DNA of 64,000 bases from Eledone cirrhosa (GCA_964016885.1 OZ024746.1:57536001-57600000), one strand, 5' to 3'; shown: positions 27,232-41,325, counted from the stretch's first letter. The notes: generated from the letters alone by a model not told the origin. A program made the numbers and translations.

Positions 27232-29554
27232 GGAAACCGTTGATGAAAGATCAAGGAAATCAATATCGGTACATGTTGCAATAGAACGTATTTACCTATT
27301 GCCCGATGAAGGAGCAGTTTAGAAATGCCTCCTCCATTATAGAGTGGTGTGCGTAACTGGACACCGAAGCCAATTGTCGCACATACATGTCTAAGTGTAT
27401 GAAACGTTTATACACACACACAGAAGAAAGAATGGAGAAGTGAGATATATTGAGGGGACGGGTGGGTTTGAATTGGAAAAAATGTGTTTAGATAAAAATA
27501 ACAGGCCCATTCATGTTGACATAGGTGGTACGTAATAATCAACATAAGGCTGGAAATGAGATTTAAAGGAAGGTATCTTGTTGCTAGATCTAGCAATTAT
27601 GATTTACTCTCATATCCACCTTCTGTCTTTAAAATATATAAAGATTTCATTGTCAAAAATATATAAAAATATATAAAGATTTCATTGTCAAAAGAATTAA
27701 TACATATAGGCTATAACTGTATCATCAAGGATCATACGTCTCCATGATGTCATTAGCCCAGATGATAATCAACAACACACAGTTCGGAACATCAACAAAT
27801 CTATCATATTATTGCTATGAGATTAGAATGAATTACATCATTTACAAAAATCAGTTTTCTATCAATCAAAGGAACCCCCTGCTCATAAGTTTAAGTGTAC
27901 ATGAAGGACTATGGAAAACACACGTCTAACACGAACGCAATTCGCATGGAATTCCAGGTTGTTTTTTTCTTTTTTTCAAATTACAAGTACAATCCATCGC
28001 ATGGATTTCTTAACCGATTTCTTCGGCCCAATATCTATCATATGATTTGAGTCGATCTGGTTGGTATATTAAATGACACTTGCTCCATTGGAATACAGAA
28101 AGAGACTTGTTTATTATCATGCGCAATTCGAAAACATTCGGCCATGCTCTGTACTCGTAGCTATGGAATAAACAATATATAGCCCGAATGTCATTTGATT
28201 TGTTAGCGTTACCGTTCAAATATCCTCATGTCACGCACTAATGTCTGAAAAGAAACGACATTGTGGATAATGAGTTATGCGATCATGTTTGTTTACAGGA
28301 TTGGAAGAGGACTGCTCACGACAATTTTCACATTAATCTACCATCCAAGTAATTAACAGTGATATTTGAACTGAGGATTTAACGTGCCAGAAAAAAGTTG
28401 TAAGACCCCAATCTACTGATCTAACTATTACACTAATATAATCCATTGATTGCCATGATACTTCATGTGTTAACGAAACCAAAATATTTACTTCAGTAGA
28501 ACTTGAATGCAGAGCGCAGAATGATGAAGCACAACGGTGAGACATTTTGATGATTCTACCGTTTCTTCATCTTTGTATATTGGAAAAAAATATTCCATAA
28601 GTTATATTTGTACATCTGAGTGCATTGAGCCAGGGGGAATTGGGTCTATTCCATCCAATGGGTCAATAGCATTGCGAAGACAGGTCAACCAGGTATATAC
28701 ACACCTCTGACGGGGATATTGTCAGCCAGTCAGGATTCCAAAAGTACTAAGTATATAAATATGACGACAACATATTTTCTCAGTATCTAATTTGATCGTG
28801 CCGATCCACGTTTTCACCGACACAAACTTTCTATTTCAACCACTCTAATTGATTTACCACGTGGTCGCGTGGAATGGCTGGGCTAACTATGCCAGGAACA
28901 TTGTTGTTAGTTGTTGCAGGAAATCAATCCAGCTGCGATGACTAAGATGTCGTCGTAAGGATATGTAATGATAAATATATTAGTTTCGTGCTGATTTTTT
29001 GTATATTTTCCTGTAGGAAAGTATAGTAAACGACAAAAGTGAAAACAAAATCATATATGCCTTTTAACGTGAATATAGCTTCGTAGGTATGTTTTTGTTA
29101 TGATGTTTTGGGAGTAATCATTCTGGCAGCGAAGACGTCAACGATAGCCACGGATAGAACCATTGCAACTTGCGTTATGTTAGATGTAAGAAGGATTTTT
29201 GTCTAAAATGAACAGAGTTCATGACAAGAAAGCAAAAAGAAGAAAATAACCATTTGCCTTTTAGCGTAACTATAGCTACGGTACTCAAAGACGTTGGCAG
29301 TCCCACACCACACCTTTATTCTTCCGTTCTGTTAATACCATGATTCTTTTTTAAAATCTCAAGGAGAAATGTTGATGATGTTTCCGCTTCGCTTATTTTC
29401 TTGTCTTGACATCTCTGCGTGGTTCTTTGTTAACATTTATCATTGGGGAGCTATCTTGCGGCGGATATTTATTGAAAATCACTGTCAACTCCCGCAATGA
29501 TTTTCATATAAATGTCAAAAATATATCTTGAAAAATACATACATACATATATCT

Positions 29555-29657
<103 letters not shown>

Positions 29658-30663
29658 GAGAGAAAGAGATTTATATATATTTATATATACATTAAGAGAG
29701 TACTGTATTTACACATAGATGCAATAATACATACCTATGTAAGCAAACACAGAAAATGGTATGACATACTCGTGCCATCGTGCATATATGAATCTGTGTA
29801 CATGTGCGTACGCCTATACAAGCATTTACACATACATGTGAATATGTGTGTATCATTCACATACACACACCCACACACATATATATATATATACATATAT
29901 ATATGCATACAAATGTATATATATATTTATATTCATATTTTATATATATACACACACACACACATATATATATACACACATATATATACACATACATATA
30001 TATTCATTCATATATATATGTATACATACATATACATGCATATATATATATATATATATGTATATATTATGTATATATACATATTATATATATATATATA
30101 TATAGTTTTGCGAGGTTTTTAATATGAAATCGTGTGTCGAAACAAATATCGTTATACTTGTGGAGGGTCATATTTGTGTAATATTGCCAGAATTAATAAC
30201 AGAACACACTCACTGTTTGGTTGGTTTTCGCTTTTGGCTTCTGTGTCTTTTATATCGGTAATCTAATTTATTCGGTCCTCAATGTTGCCAATGTCTGACC
30301 AACGGTCAAAAATGCACATACAATATAGACACAAACACATATATATAGTTTATCAAAGTTCATTCGTTGCACATCTGCAACCTCGTCAGTGGTGCTATTG
30401 TTTCCTCCCGTTGCATTGTATTTTCTACGCCATCTTTATTTAGTCTGTTTATATATTTATTTATTTGTTTATTTTATGTTGTCTTCTTTGCGCATGCGGT
30501 TGCGTGTGTGTATAGTGATTTGTTTGATGTGTGTTCGTGATTGGGTGGCTGTGTATTGGTTAACGTATTCTATCTTTACTAGTGTGTGTTTATATGTGTT
30601 TGTTGTTTTTGTGCTTGTGTATGTATTTATTTATTTATTTATCTATTTATTTATTTATCTATG

Positions 30664-32382
30664 TTGAACTGTTCGGGAGCGTTGACGGCACGGATCGGGC
30701 ATGGACTTCAGTGCATACCTCGACGGATTACCTCTGCTCTCGATGACCGCAGCACAGTGTTGCGAAAAGCCAATAACAGCCGGTGAAATACAGGAAGCGA
30801 TGGCTAACTGCACAAGGGGTAAATCGACAGGTTTGGATGGTCTGCCCTACGAGCTTTATGCATTTATGCCAGACTTGTTCGGTGACCTCTTGGCAGACGT
30901 CTACTGCAACTGGCAGCAGAACGGGAGCATTCCCAGTTTTGTGAGCCGCGGAGCAGTGGCGCTGCTGAGAAAAGACCCTAACAAGGGAGATGTTATCGAT
31001 AATTTCAGGCCCATAACCCTGCTAAACGCAGATTTGAAGAGTTTAGCCAAGGAGTTAACAACAAGGTGTTGTTCCAGCCCAACTCTCACCAAAATGGAGC
31101 GCCTCCTCTTCCGCTTTTTGTGGAAGGGACGCGCTCCCATGGTCAGCCGATCCATCTGCTGTCAACACCCGTTGCGTGGAGGACTGGGGATGCCATGGCT
31201 GATGATGCGCAAACATGCGCTGAGGCTGCGACATCTCTGGTGCTTCCTTGATGGTGAACAGGTGTTGTTGCCGTTCGCCAGGCACGTTTTCCCACAGCTC
31301 GTCTCCTTGACGGAGCTGCAGTCCTGGGTCAGATAAAGACCGAGGGATAGCGCTTGGAAACTGGAATGTCTCCAGGCGCTCACTGCCCTCTCCCAGCTGG
31401 GCACCAGTATCGGTGGAAAATGCACCTCGGCGTTCTATACAGGACTAGTAGATGGGAAGGGCGACGACATTCTCGGAGAGATCCTGGGCGTCAAAGAAGA
31501 TCAGCTGTTTGCTCTCTGCCGCAGAACTTTCAGCCCAGGGCCTATGGATAACTTCCAAACATCTCTGGCCTGGCAGTGTTACCGGGGTGCGCTGCCGGTT
31601 CGAGATAAGCTCTACACGGAAGTGCCGTCAGCCGAGCCTGTCCGAGATCTGCGCAGAGCGACGAAACCGTCGTGCACGCAATCATTCAGTGCCTAAGCAT
31701 TGCTGACTTGTGGAGCTATGTCGAACAGTTGCTGTTGCGTGTGGGACTGATCCGGTTGTCGACTGAGTCCATTGTGCAGATGGTCTCGCCGTCTTCCTTC
31801 GAGGAGGAAGGGCAGGCGGATTTCATCTGCCTGGTGGCCATGGCGAAATAGATTGAGTGGTGGACAAGGTTAAAAGGGTTCAAGACAGACACTTTCCTCT
31901 TCGGCGAATCCCTAATTAACTTTTTCAAGTTTCACTTGAAGAGGAAAATCAGGGTCGAGAGGCAAGTGCTGCTTTCTAGCAAGTTTGTTGAAAGGTGGGT
32001 GAATGTAGCGAGAATGGTCCGCCTGTATACGTCTGTAATTTGAGAGATGGAAAAATTGAGAGAGGGCGCTTGCCCTAGTGGTCAGGGTGGCCGTGGTCTT
32101 TCGTTTGGTTTTCGCCACGAGTAACCCTCGGAGGTTTCCCCCCTATTGGGGAATTTTTCATTGTTTTAATTTTCATTTTTATTGTTTATATATATATATA
32201 TGTTTCTATGTCCTTTTTTTTTCTTTTCTTATATAAATAATAAAAATATTTACACGCATAAAACCCACATCGTAGCGTCCTGTACCGTCCTGTGCCGTCT
32301 GTAATGTTTTTCTTGATGTCAGCCCTTGTGGCCAATAAAGAAATCATTATTATTATTGTTATTATTAGTAGTATTATTTATT
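30664..32382 (+). mobile_element. Tx1/L1-clade LINE, 5'-truncated and internally deleted, with intact 3' end
   Basis: ORF 30701..31336: 'PITAGEI..GKSTGLDGLPYELY..LLRK..NFRPITLLNADLK'. Downstream 'LAWQCYRGALPVRDKL' and CPRS..ETVVHA zinc-knuckle remnant. AATAAA at 32334, (ATT)n tail. Confidence 0.9.
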
Positions 32383-33270
32383 TTCTTCTTCTTCTTCTTC
32401 TTCTTCTTCTTCTTCTTCTTCTTCTTCTTCTTCTTCTTCTTCTTCTTCTTTTTCTTCTTCTTCTTTTCTGCCCTCTTACTCATGGGGATGTCGTAGGGGC
32501 TGCGTCCTCAAACGCGCCTTCCAGCGGGTCCTGTCAGACGTAACTTCTCGAGCCTATCTGGCTGAATCCCGTAGAGGTGCAGCCGAGTTCATTATTGTGG
32601 AAACCCTGAATATACTGTCAGTAGCATATGTGGGATTCCTCCACTGGTTCCTGTACCTTGCCTTTAATGCGTGTAACGTTCCTGTTACCAATTATGAAAG
32701 TTGGCTCCTTCTCGTCCCGCTCTAGTCTCTCAGGTTACTAACATTTGTGTTTACATTCCACGCCACCCAGGAGAGGTTTCAGACATGTTGATAATTCATT
32801 AAGTACAGAAGGAAATATATTTTCTCTGAAGGTCACTTCCATTTATGCCCTGAACGCGTCCCTTGTTAATCCGCGCAAAGGACGATGCGGAATGAATGCG
32901 TTTATTCTTTCCAACCATATTACAATGTTTTGCGCATTTCATTCGCACCAGATACCGTATTTCTATAATTTCCACAGACCCGCCACGTCTACGCTCTTAA
33001 AGGCGGCCATTACTCGCCTCTTCGTAACCCCTTCACTGCATTGTGAAGAGATTTATTGAGACATAACGGTATCCCCCATTCTTCCATATTTAAAAGTTAT
33101 CAGTCTGTATTGCTGGTTCCTCTGGCAAGAGCCTGCTTATATCACAACTATCTATCATATATGATTGTAGTTTCACTATCCTCCACCTGCGACCCTTTTT
33201 TCATCTCTACCGTGAACTCACGTAACACATTATGTATAAATATTATTCATAAATTACACAAGAGTTTCTG
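32383..33270 (-). mobile_element. Old RTE-like LINE 3' fragment with (GAA)n tail
   Basis: Minus strand ends '..SDRTRWKA..' then (AAG)n. Upstream remnants such as 'KRRVMAA' resemble the RTE post-RT region. Heavily decayed. Confidence 0.5.
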
Positions 33271-33458
33271 AGTCAGGTCACTCTACCTTTTAGATCGACA
33301 TGCTGAACATAATAGTAAAAGCTACATTAACATCTCCTCGTGAAAAGAGAAATGCAAATTATTTTATTACGTCCAAGTCATATTATATATGAATCAAAAC
33401 ATGGGAGGCTCTCGTGTGTATCCATCTATCTTTAGGTCTCTCTATCTCTCTCTATCAA

Positions 33459-33541
<83 letters not shown>

Positions 33542-33543
<2 letters not shown>

Positions 33544-33931
33544 CGAAGGAAATGTGGTAAGGAACCAGGTGGACCATAACGCACCAAAGTACTTAGGGTA
33601 GTAGAGTGGGTAATAGGAACGAGTAGGACCTCGACGGCTGAGCTCAAGCCGTTTCGACGGCTAATTCTGGACTCAGTCCAGAATTAACCGTCGAAACGGC
33701 TTGAACTCAGCCGTCGGAGTTCTACTCGTTCCGAAATATATAAGAAAAGAGTCAGGACCCCATCGGCTGATCACAGGCCATTTCGACAGTTTGATTCGAA
33801 CTAGCTGTCGAAACGGTCGGAGCTCAGCCATTGGGGTCCTGAATATTTTCCTATTACCCACTCTACTACACTAAGTATCGAGTACTCTGGTGCGTTATGG
33901 TCTATCTGGTATCTTATCACAACTTCTTTGT

Positions 33932-33933
<2 letters not shown>
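33542..33933. mobile_element. Two adjacent, oppositely oriented family-A fold-back mini-elements (33542-33733, 33742-33933)
   Basis: Each has the long arm, the GTCGAAACGG..GCTCAGCC block and a mirrored short arm. Outer ends abut (TA)n. Confidence 0.88.
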
Positions 33934-33978
<45 letters not shown>

Positions 33979-36900
33979 TCAATATCCAGTAAATTAAAAG
34001 TGAGGCAGCTATGGTACATCATTATCGATCAATCCGTATTTGGCAATCAGCAAATATTAATCCTTGACTTGTAGCTAGATGGTGAAAACAGTGGACATGT
34101 TTCGATCTCGCCACATATTCTCGATGATCCATATTTGATAAACATTGACTAGCATGCAGAAATCTAGATATAGATATTGAAGCAGGAATTGTATGCTGCT
34201 TATGTATAACCTTAAAAATAAAAGTATTTTCGGTAAATGGTGTGCGTTCTCTACGTTCACATGTGATATACTGTAACGATTAGATGTAATAAACTGGGTA
34301 CTGTTTAACTACCTGAGACTTGCCTTGCAACTTGAGAAGTTTAAACTTTAGATCCAACAAACAACGAAGTTAGTCTCGTCAAATGTAACCAACAGTTTAA
34401 AGACATTAAATAACATATTAGATAAATGTACTCATACACATACCTAACTCTTTGAGAATCATGTCAATGCCTAAAATATTCATTGAATGTGATCATACTT
34501 GTTCTTTATCAAAAATCACCTGAGTCTGAACAACAATGATTCGCTATATTTGTAAACATGTCAAGTAGCTTACGTTTGATGAGCTGCTGTACATTCTGAG
34601 AATAGAGTGTTAATTCAGTTTCAAAGCCTTGCAAATAATATCACATTCATATAATCATATCCCATTCAATTATTACTATTTATTGTTGGATTCTCTTTGC
34701 CTTGCTTAGAAACTGCAAGCTGATATATTGGCGAAATAATGCTAGAATCAAGTATCCAATTCTATTGTGTAGAGCTGAATATTTCTAACAAATCAAAATA
34801 TATATAAAAGGCGATTGTAACTCGCAGCTGCGTTTATGGATTAATTTGGGTGAATTTTAATTAAGCATGTATCTAAATGAATTATATTTTGGATTAGGTT
34901 ATCTAAAACACAATCGTAGAAAATTCAATAAATGTGTTGACGATGGCGGCCTAAGGTTTACGGTGACGTAGGTTTAATACCCGAGTCGTGAGGTATGCTG
35001 TCGCCCTCTAAAAGACACTTCATTCTACGTTACTTTAATTCATTGATCTACAAGGAAATTCGTACCATCAACTTGGTACTATATCTGAGATAGACTTTAG
35101 ACTGACCTAGGTATTTATCATTCAATAATTAATACCTCTACAATCTCCAGACATCATTCACCCTTTGCAGGCATGAAAAACAAACCCAAAACACTTGTTG
35201 GTGATGATTAACCAGGTGTATGAAATTAAATTACATTAGATTCTAAAATCAGATTATTTCAGGTTTAACTTTCCGCAATTGCTTCAAATGGAAAATATAC
35301 CAAAGCTATTTGTATTTCTTTCAGAGAGAATGTACAATAAATTTGGTGTTAAATATGGATTTACATCGAACTATGTACTATATCGAAATACATAGTAAAT
35401 AAGCTTTTCATTAGTCTATCTACAAAATATTTGTTCTCTAGCCGTCAGCAAGAGGTCCTCAGCTTGAATGAAGAAAATCAAAATTCATCAAATGTATCTG
35501 TAAGGTTTCAGGTAGGATATGCGAATGTAAATCAAAATACCATAAACAACTCGCATTATAAATTATATTATAAATACTCATTTCATTCAGTTATCTAGAG
35601 ACCCAGACTCCATATCTTGGTAGGCTGAATTTCGCAAGCAGTGTCAGTACCAGCGGCTGTGCCATATTTTTAACGTTGAATCCTGAGCGGTGGAAACATA
35701 AAGTATTGTGGGTTCACGAAACACCTACCAAATTATTGCAATGATCAGAAGTTTGCTCAGCACTTGGTAGACTGGGTCTTTCAGTTAATCTCTCTTGCTA
35801 TTCTCTGGAGTATCACATTCGCCATTTGTACGTCGGAGATATGAAAATACGGCTATCTGATGAATTGCAGCCAGCCATACAGAAGACCATCTAAATGATA
35901 GAGTAATCTCTCCATATATACATTACCTCGAAGTTTAGATAACACAAATATCTGTGGGACAGAATATTTAGCATGTCTGAAGGTTAACATGAGATTTAAA
36001 AGTCATTTAATGTTATTTCATATCTGAAATTGCTTCTAGAGCGGAATACATAAACCAAATTTAATCTGTCATAAAATAGATTTATATATTGATTTTCTCA
36101 TAATTAATTATGACTGGAAATTGAAATATTTATTTGTAAGTTTAACATTGTTTACGTAAACAATCATTTTTGCAATTTCATCGCGAATTTTTCTGAGTAT
36201 CGTGAATTGGACAGTTTGCTAAAACACTCCTACGGATTTGAAAGTAAAAAAAAATTATACATTCTAAATTAACCAATTTTGAAATGGTCGAATGTATAAT
36301 AGAAGTCTATGCAATAAATTATGATACAAATGTGCACACATGTTCAATTAAAAGTAAATATGTATACAGTACAGTAATATGTTCCATGTTAAAAAGAAAG
36401 AAATTGCTAAATAGGAAATCTACCCCACAAGACTGAAATCCACGTCGAGAGTGAGAGAGAATGTGTATGTAGGGGGACAATCAATGTTTGAACGACATCG
36501 GTAAAGATCAAGTTATAATAGCTAACCTAAAAGGGCAGGTGAGAATGACTATCCCCCACGAGATATCCCTATATAAATGATTATCAATCGGGGGCTTTGA
36601 CCGGCAATTTAATCTCTGAGTCAGTGTCACCATGACCTAGGCACTGTCCTTTATCGCTGTAAAATTGAGAAGAGAGGATGTTGTCAAAAGACGGAAACTG
36701 TGGAAGAGGCCAGTCAGCGGGTTTCGCTGGTGTTGACAGAAGTAATGCTACTCAGTTCCTATCTACAAGACGCCCCAGTAAACTTTACGCACAATAAAGT
36801 CAGGTGAATGGTGTAAGGTTTCCTCCACACATATTTCTTTCATATATTTTTTTTTATTATTTATTTTCACACCATACCACTTTACCTTCTTTTGTGGTCC

Positions 36901-37115
36901 TCTTTGTAAGTATATATGACTGTGTAAAAAGTTGTTTAATAATACAAAATACCTCATTTAGCGTCGTTAATGAACATTATATAAGGTATAGCTTTTAACA
37001 TGTTAATGAAACTAGATGATAGTACATATTCCGATTCTATCAATAGCTATGAATATAAATACACTAGAAATATCTGGTACTCTTCATTGAATATAATCAT
37101 ATAGATTGTATATTA

Positions 37116-37170
<55 letters not shown>

Positions 37171-37224
37171 GAGAGAGAGCCAAGCACTGAGCAAGAAAGG
37201 AAAATGAAAGAGCAACAATAAAAG

Positions 37225-37276
<52 letters not shown>

Positions 37277-37278
<2 letters not shown>

Positions 37279-37397
37279 GTAATAATAATAAATGTGAAGA
37301 CTAAAATCTATAGAAGGTTTTTTTTTATTAGTTTCAGAAGATCCCATTAAGGGTGAAAGCAGCGATTCTTTGCTTAAACTTTAATCTGTTATTTTAG
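37277..37397. mobile_element. Family-D module, rearranged copy
   Basis: First ~35 bp are collinear with 18352; the remainder is the reverse complement of ~18451-18513. Confidence 0.6.
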
Positions 37398-37439
37398 GCT
37401 GACCAAAATCCTCTTATGTTGTGTTCTACTGCTGCAATA

Positions 37440-37860
37440 TTTGATGAATTTCATCGAAGACGTGACAATGAATGATTCCTTATTGCAATTATTTCACCAT
37501 GACTCCGATATTTGATTAATTCGGCTGTGAACAATGACTGTCAACATAACATTCCTTTGGCGCAACCTCGCTATTGTGCAGTATTTAGTATCCGGATCTC
37601 GGTGTAACAGCTGTACTCATCATTGTTTTGTGTATAAGGTCCTCATTCCACCAGGTATCACAGTACGATCAAGAAAGTTGTCGTATATACGATTTTTTTT
37701 TGCTCTCCTTCTATTCGTGTGCTCCAATTTTCATATTTCTTTGACTCTCAAATTTCAGTCAAATGTACAAACATTGTTCTATTATTTAGCTCACCTTCAA
37801 CTTCTTGAACATTTCTTCCACCAAGCCTTACATTCCAGGTTGCCAATGTCAGAAAGATTT
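37440..37860 (-). mobile_element. Old LINE AP-endonuclease remnant
   Basis: Minus strand 'FLTLATWNVRLGG...HLTEI' matches the N-terminal TWNVR/L.E motifs of LINE APE domains. Left boundary approximate. Confidence 0.45.
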
Positions 37861-38179
37861 CCGAGACATATTTAAAGAATGAACTTACCAATATAGAATG
37901 TTTGAAATCCATGAAACTGGGCATTCATAAAGAATTATTTTGCACCATATACCATAGATGTTTCTAGCCGCTTGAGGTCTGCACCACAGTCGAAATTAAT
38001 GCATTATGAATAGATTTGTCGAAAATCATGTTTTGACATCTTCAGTTCAAAGGTATGAGAATTGACTAAAATTGAATACATACAGAAATCGTATAAAATG
38101 AGTTCATATGGTTGAAGAAATTTACATGAGATATTATTCCCCCGGAATTTAAAACTATTAAAACCATCGCTCCTGAAAT

Positions 38180-38224
<45 letters not shown>

Positions 38225-38670
38225 CAAATAACGAAACGAAATTAAATTTCGTTTCGTTTGTAACTCACTTTTGTATGACTGAAATACTAGTATGTATATG
38301 ACTACACACACGTATACATATGTAGGTGTAACAAGTCTTTCACTGGTTGCTTTACTGTGAGCAACCCAGCTATTCTGTATGTAAACACACAGACAATGTA
38401 TACGTGTGTGTATTCATATACACACTAGTATTTCAGTATGCATATGTAGATGTACATTTTTAACTTAATTGTTTAAGCGTCAGTCATACAAAAGTGAGTT
38501 ACAAACGATACGAAATTTAATTTCGTTTCGTTATTTGTTTTTATCGTCTCCGCTGAACCGGTGCGTACTCACACTCTATGCAAATTAGTCTGCCCACTAC
38601 TAATTTTCATAGAAAAAGCATATAACGATATGTGCTTTTACAATTCTCCAGAAGGGCCGGTAGATAGGTA

Positions 38671-38715
38671 AATATTGCTGATGAGTTGTAACAACAACGA
38701 AACTAGTTCAATATT
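38671..38715 (+). ncRNA. Minimal type I hammerhead ribozyme
   Basis: AATATTG-CTGATGA-GTTG TAACAA CAAC-GAAACTAGTT-CAATATT. 7-bp stem I, palindromic ACTAGT stem III, predicted cut after 38708. Confidence 0.93.
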
Positions 38716-39137
38716 CCTTGTCTGGCTTTCTGTAGAATAGAGGGAAGGTGTTCCCCCGAAAACCAGTATGACTCTAAAAACCGGTTTGTCTGTGTGTATA
38801 CATACAGAATAGCTGGGTTGCTCACAGTAAAGCAACCAGTGAAAGACTTGTTACACCTACATATGTATACGTGTGTGTATTCATATACACACTAGTATTT
38901 CAGTATGCATATGTAGATGTACATTTTTAACTTAATTGTTTAAGCGTCAGTCATACAAAAGTGAGTTACAAACGAAACGAAATTTAATTTCGTTTCGTTA
39001 TTTGTTTTTATCGTCTCCGCTGAACCGGTGCGTACTCACACTCTATGCAAATTAGTCTGCCCACTACTAATTTTCATAGAAAAAGCATATAACGATATGT
39101 GCTTTTACAATTCTCCAGAAGGGCCGGTAGATAGGTA

Positions 39138-39182
39138 AATATTGCTGATGAGTTGTAACAACAACGAAACTAGTTCAATATT
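39138..39182 (+). ncRNA. Minimal type I hammerhead ribozyme (second tandem copy)
   Basis: Identical to 38671-38715, 467 bp downstream. Predicted cut after 39175. Confidence 0.93.
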
Positions 39183-39398
39183 CCTTGTCTGGCTTTCTGT
39201 AGAATAGAGGGAAGGTGTTCCCCCGAAAATCAGTATGACTCTAAAAACCGGTTTGTCTGTGTGTTTACATACAGAATAACTGGGTTGCTCACAGTAAAGC
39301 AACCAGTGAAAGACTTGTTACACCTACATATGTATACGTGTGTGTATTCATATACACACTAGTATTTCAGTATGCATATGTAGATGTACATTTTTAAC

Positions 39399-39471
<73 letters not shown>

Positions 39472-39513
39472 TATGTGGGTGTGTGGATGTGTGCGTGTGA
39501 GAGCGTGCATATA

Positions 39514-39571
<58 letters not shown>

Positions 39572-39598
39572 CATAAGTATATATATATATGTATATGC

Positions 39599-39661
<63 letters not shown>

Positions 39662-39669
<8 letters not shown>

Positions 39670-39935
39670 TAAACAAATAATGAATAAACAATTCCTTATA
39701 TTAAACAAAAAAAAAAGTTCATTATTTAACGATCGTTTCTAGGATATATATGTGTTAGAGTTGGCATGCATATTCAACAGATCTATGTACAAAATTATAC
39801 AAAATTATACAAGCTATCAAGATTAAATATACATACCAACACATATATACGCCGTCTTCAGAAATAATGAAATATATTTATTGATAATAACAACAATTCA
39901 AACTTTCAGGTCCGTTTGGGAACAAAATTGACCAA
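39662..39935 (-). mobile_element. Family-E pLTR copy
   Basis: Collinear with 25340-25600 (AATAATGAATAAACA..TTCCTTATATTAAA..ACGATCGTTTCTAGGATATATATGTGTTAGAG..GTCCGTTTGGGAACA). Confidence 0.85.
39718..39871 (-). ncRNA. Type I hammerhead ribozyme with long stem II
   Basis: Minus strand: TTCATTATTT-CTGAAGA-..GTATATATGTGTT...AACACATATATAT..-GAAACGATCGTT-AAATAATGAA. Perfect 10-bp stem I. Confidence 0.85.
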
Positions 39936-40514
39936 TGAAAATACAAAAGGTTTAATGCAGTTCGGTGTGTGTATATACATGTAACAACCCTTACACATAT
40001 TTTACAAAAATGTATGCACAACCTGTATACGCATACAAAAAGGATGGATGCAAATACAAAATTTCAAGGTTAATGTCTCTGTAAGTTTATAATGCACAGA
40101 TAAGATGCGTATAGATACATAAATATGAAATAAGTGTATACACATATTTTCATACTAACACATATCCGTACAATCACACATACACGCGCGTATATGCATA
40201 AACACACACATAAACTACGAACATACAAACACACACACACCCCCACTCACATATATATATGTGGATATAAAATCCTAAGCACATGGATATTAATTCACTC
40301 ACATAAACACTGGCACACACATTTAGATAAAGATACAGAAATTAGGTGTGAGGGGGTGGGGTGGGAGAGGTCAGTATTCAACGGTTTGGGCTGACCTGCT
40401 TAATATAGATGTATCTATAAACTAAGAAAATAAAAAATAATAAATAATAAATAAACATTAAAAAGGAAAGAAAAGAAAAAGAAAAAAGAAAAAAGAAAAA
40501 AGAAATATATCAAG

Positions 40515-40550
<36 letters not shown>

Positions 40551-40714
40551 CACACACACACACACATATATATACATACACATATACAAACACATACATA
40601 CATATACACACATCCACACTTAGAACATACATACACACACATATATAAACATATACATATACACACATACATACATATACACACATACATATAAATACAC
40701 ATATATATATACAC

Positions 40715-40753
<39 letters not shown>

Positions 40754-41044
40754 CATACACTCATACATACACATATAATCACACATACTATATAGACACA
40801 CATATATATACACTCATACACACACATATACATACACTTACATACATATATACATACAGATATACACATACATACCTATATATACACACAAATACATACA
40901 GACATATATACATACATACAGACAAATACTTACGCATCTATATATCGGTATATACATACAAACACCACTACACTCTCACACAACTCAGACATACAAAGAA
41001 AAAGGTATATACCCATACACATATACATATACAAATAGAGAAAC

Positions 41045-41125
<81 letters not shown>

Positions 41126-41325
41126 CACACATACACACATACACATACATACATATACATACATGTACACACACATAGATATATATACACACATACACAC
41201 ATACACATACATATATAGTCATACACACACATACACCTACACGAACATACACATACACATATACAAAGATATATATACACACACACACACACATACACAC
41301 ACACACATATATATAAAAAAAATAA

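Larger units (their letters stand above)
38220..39404 (+). mobile_element. Candidate retrozyme: inverted partial copy plus 2.15 tandem 467-bp non-coding HHR units in (TA)n
   Basis: Units 38397-38863, 38864-39330 and 39331-39404 are near-identical. 38220-38396 is a reverse-complement partial unit. One HHR per full unit. Confidence 0.85.

Noticed and set aside
35320-35990. Candidate small exons with splice-like signals
   Set aside because: No consistent frame or recognisable protein, and the implied intron is too short. Needs RNA-seq.
38437-38484. 47-bp segment as a spliced intron
   Set aside because: GT..AG removal does not reproduce the observed junction. TCAGT microhomology explains it.
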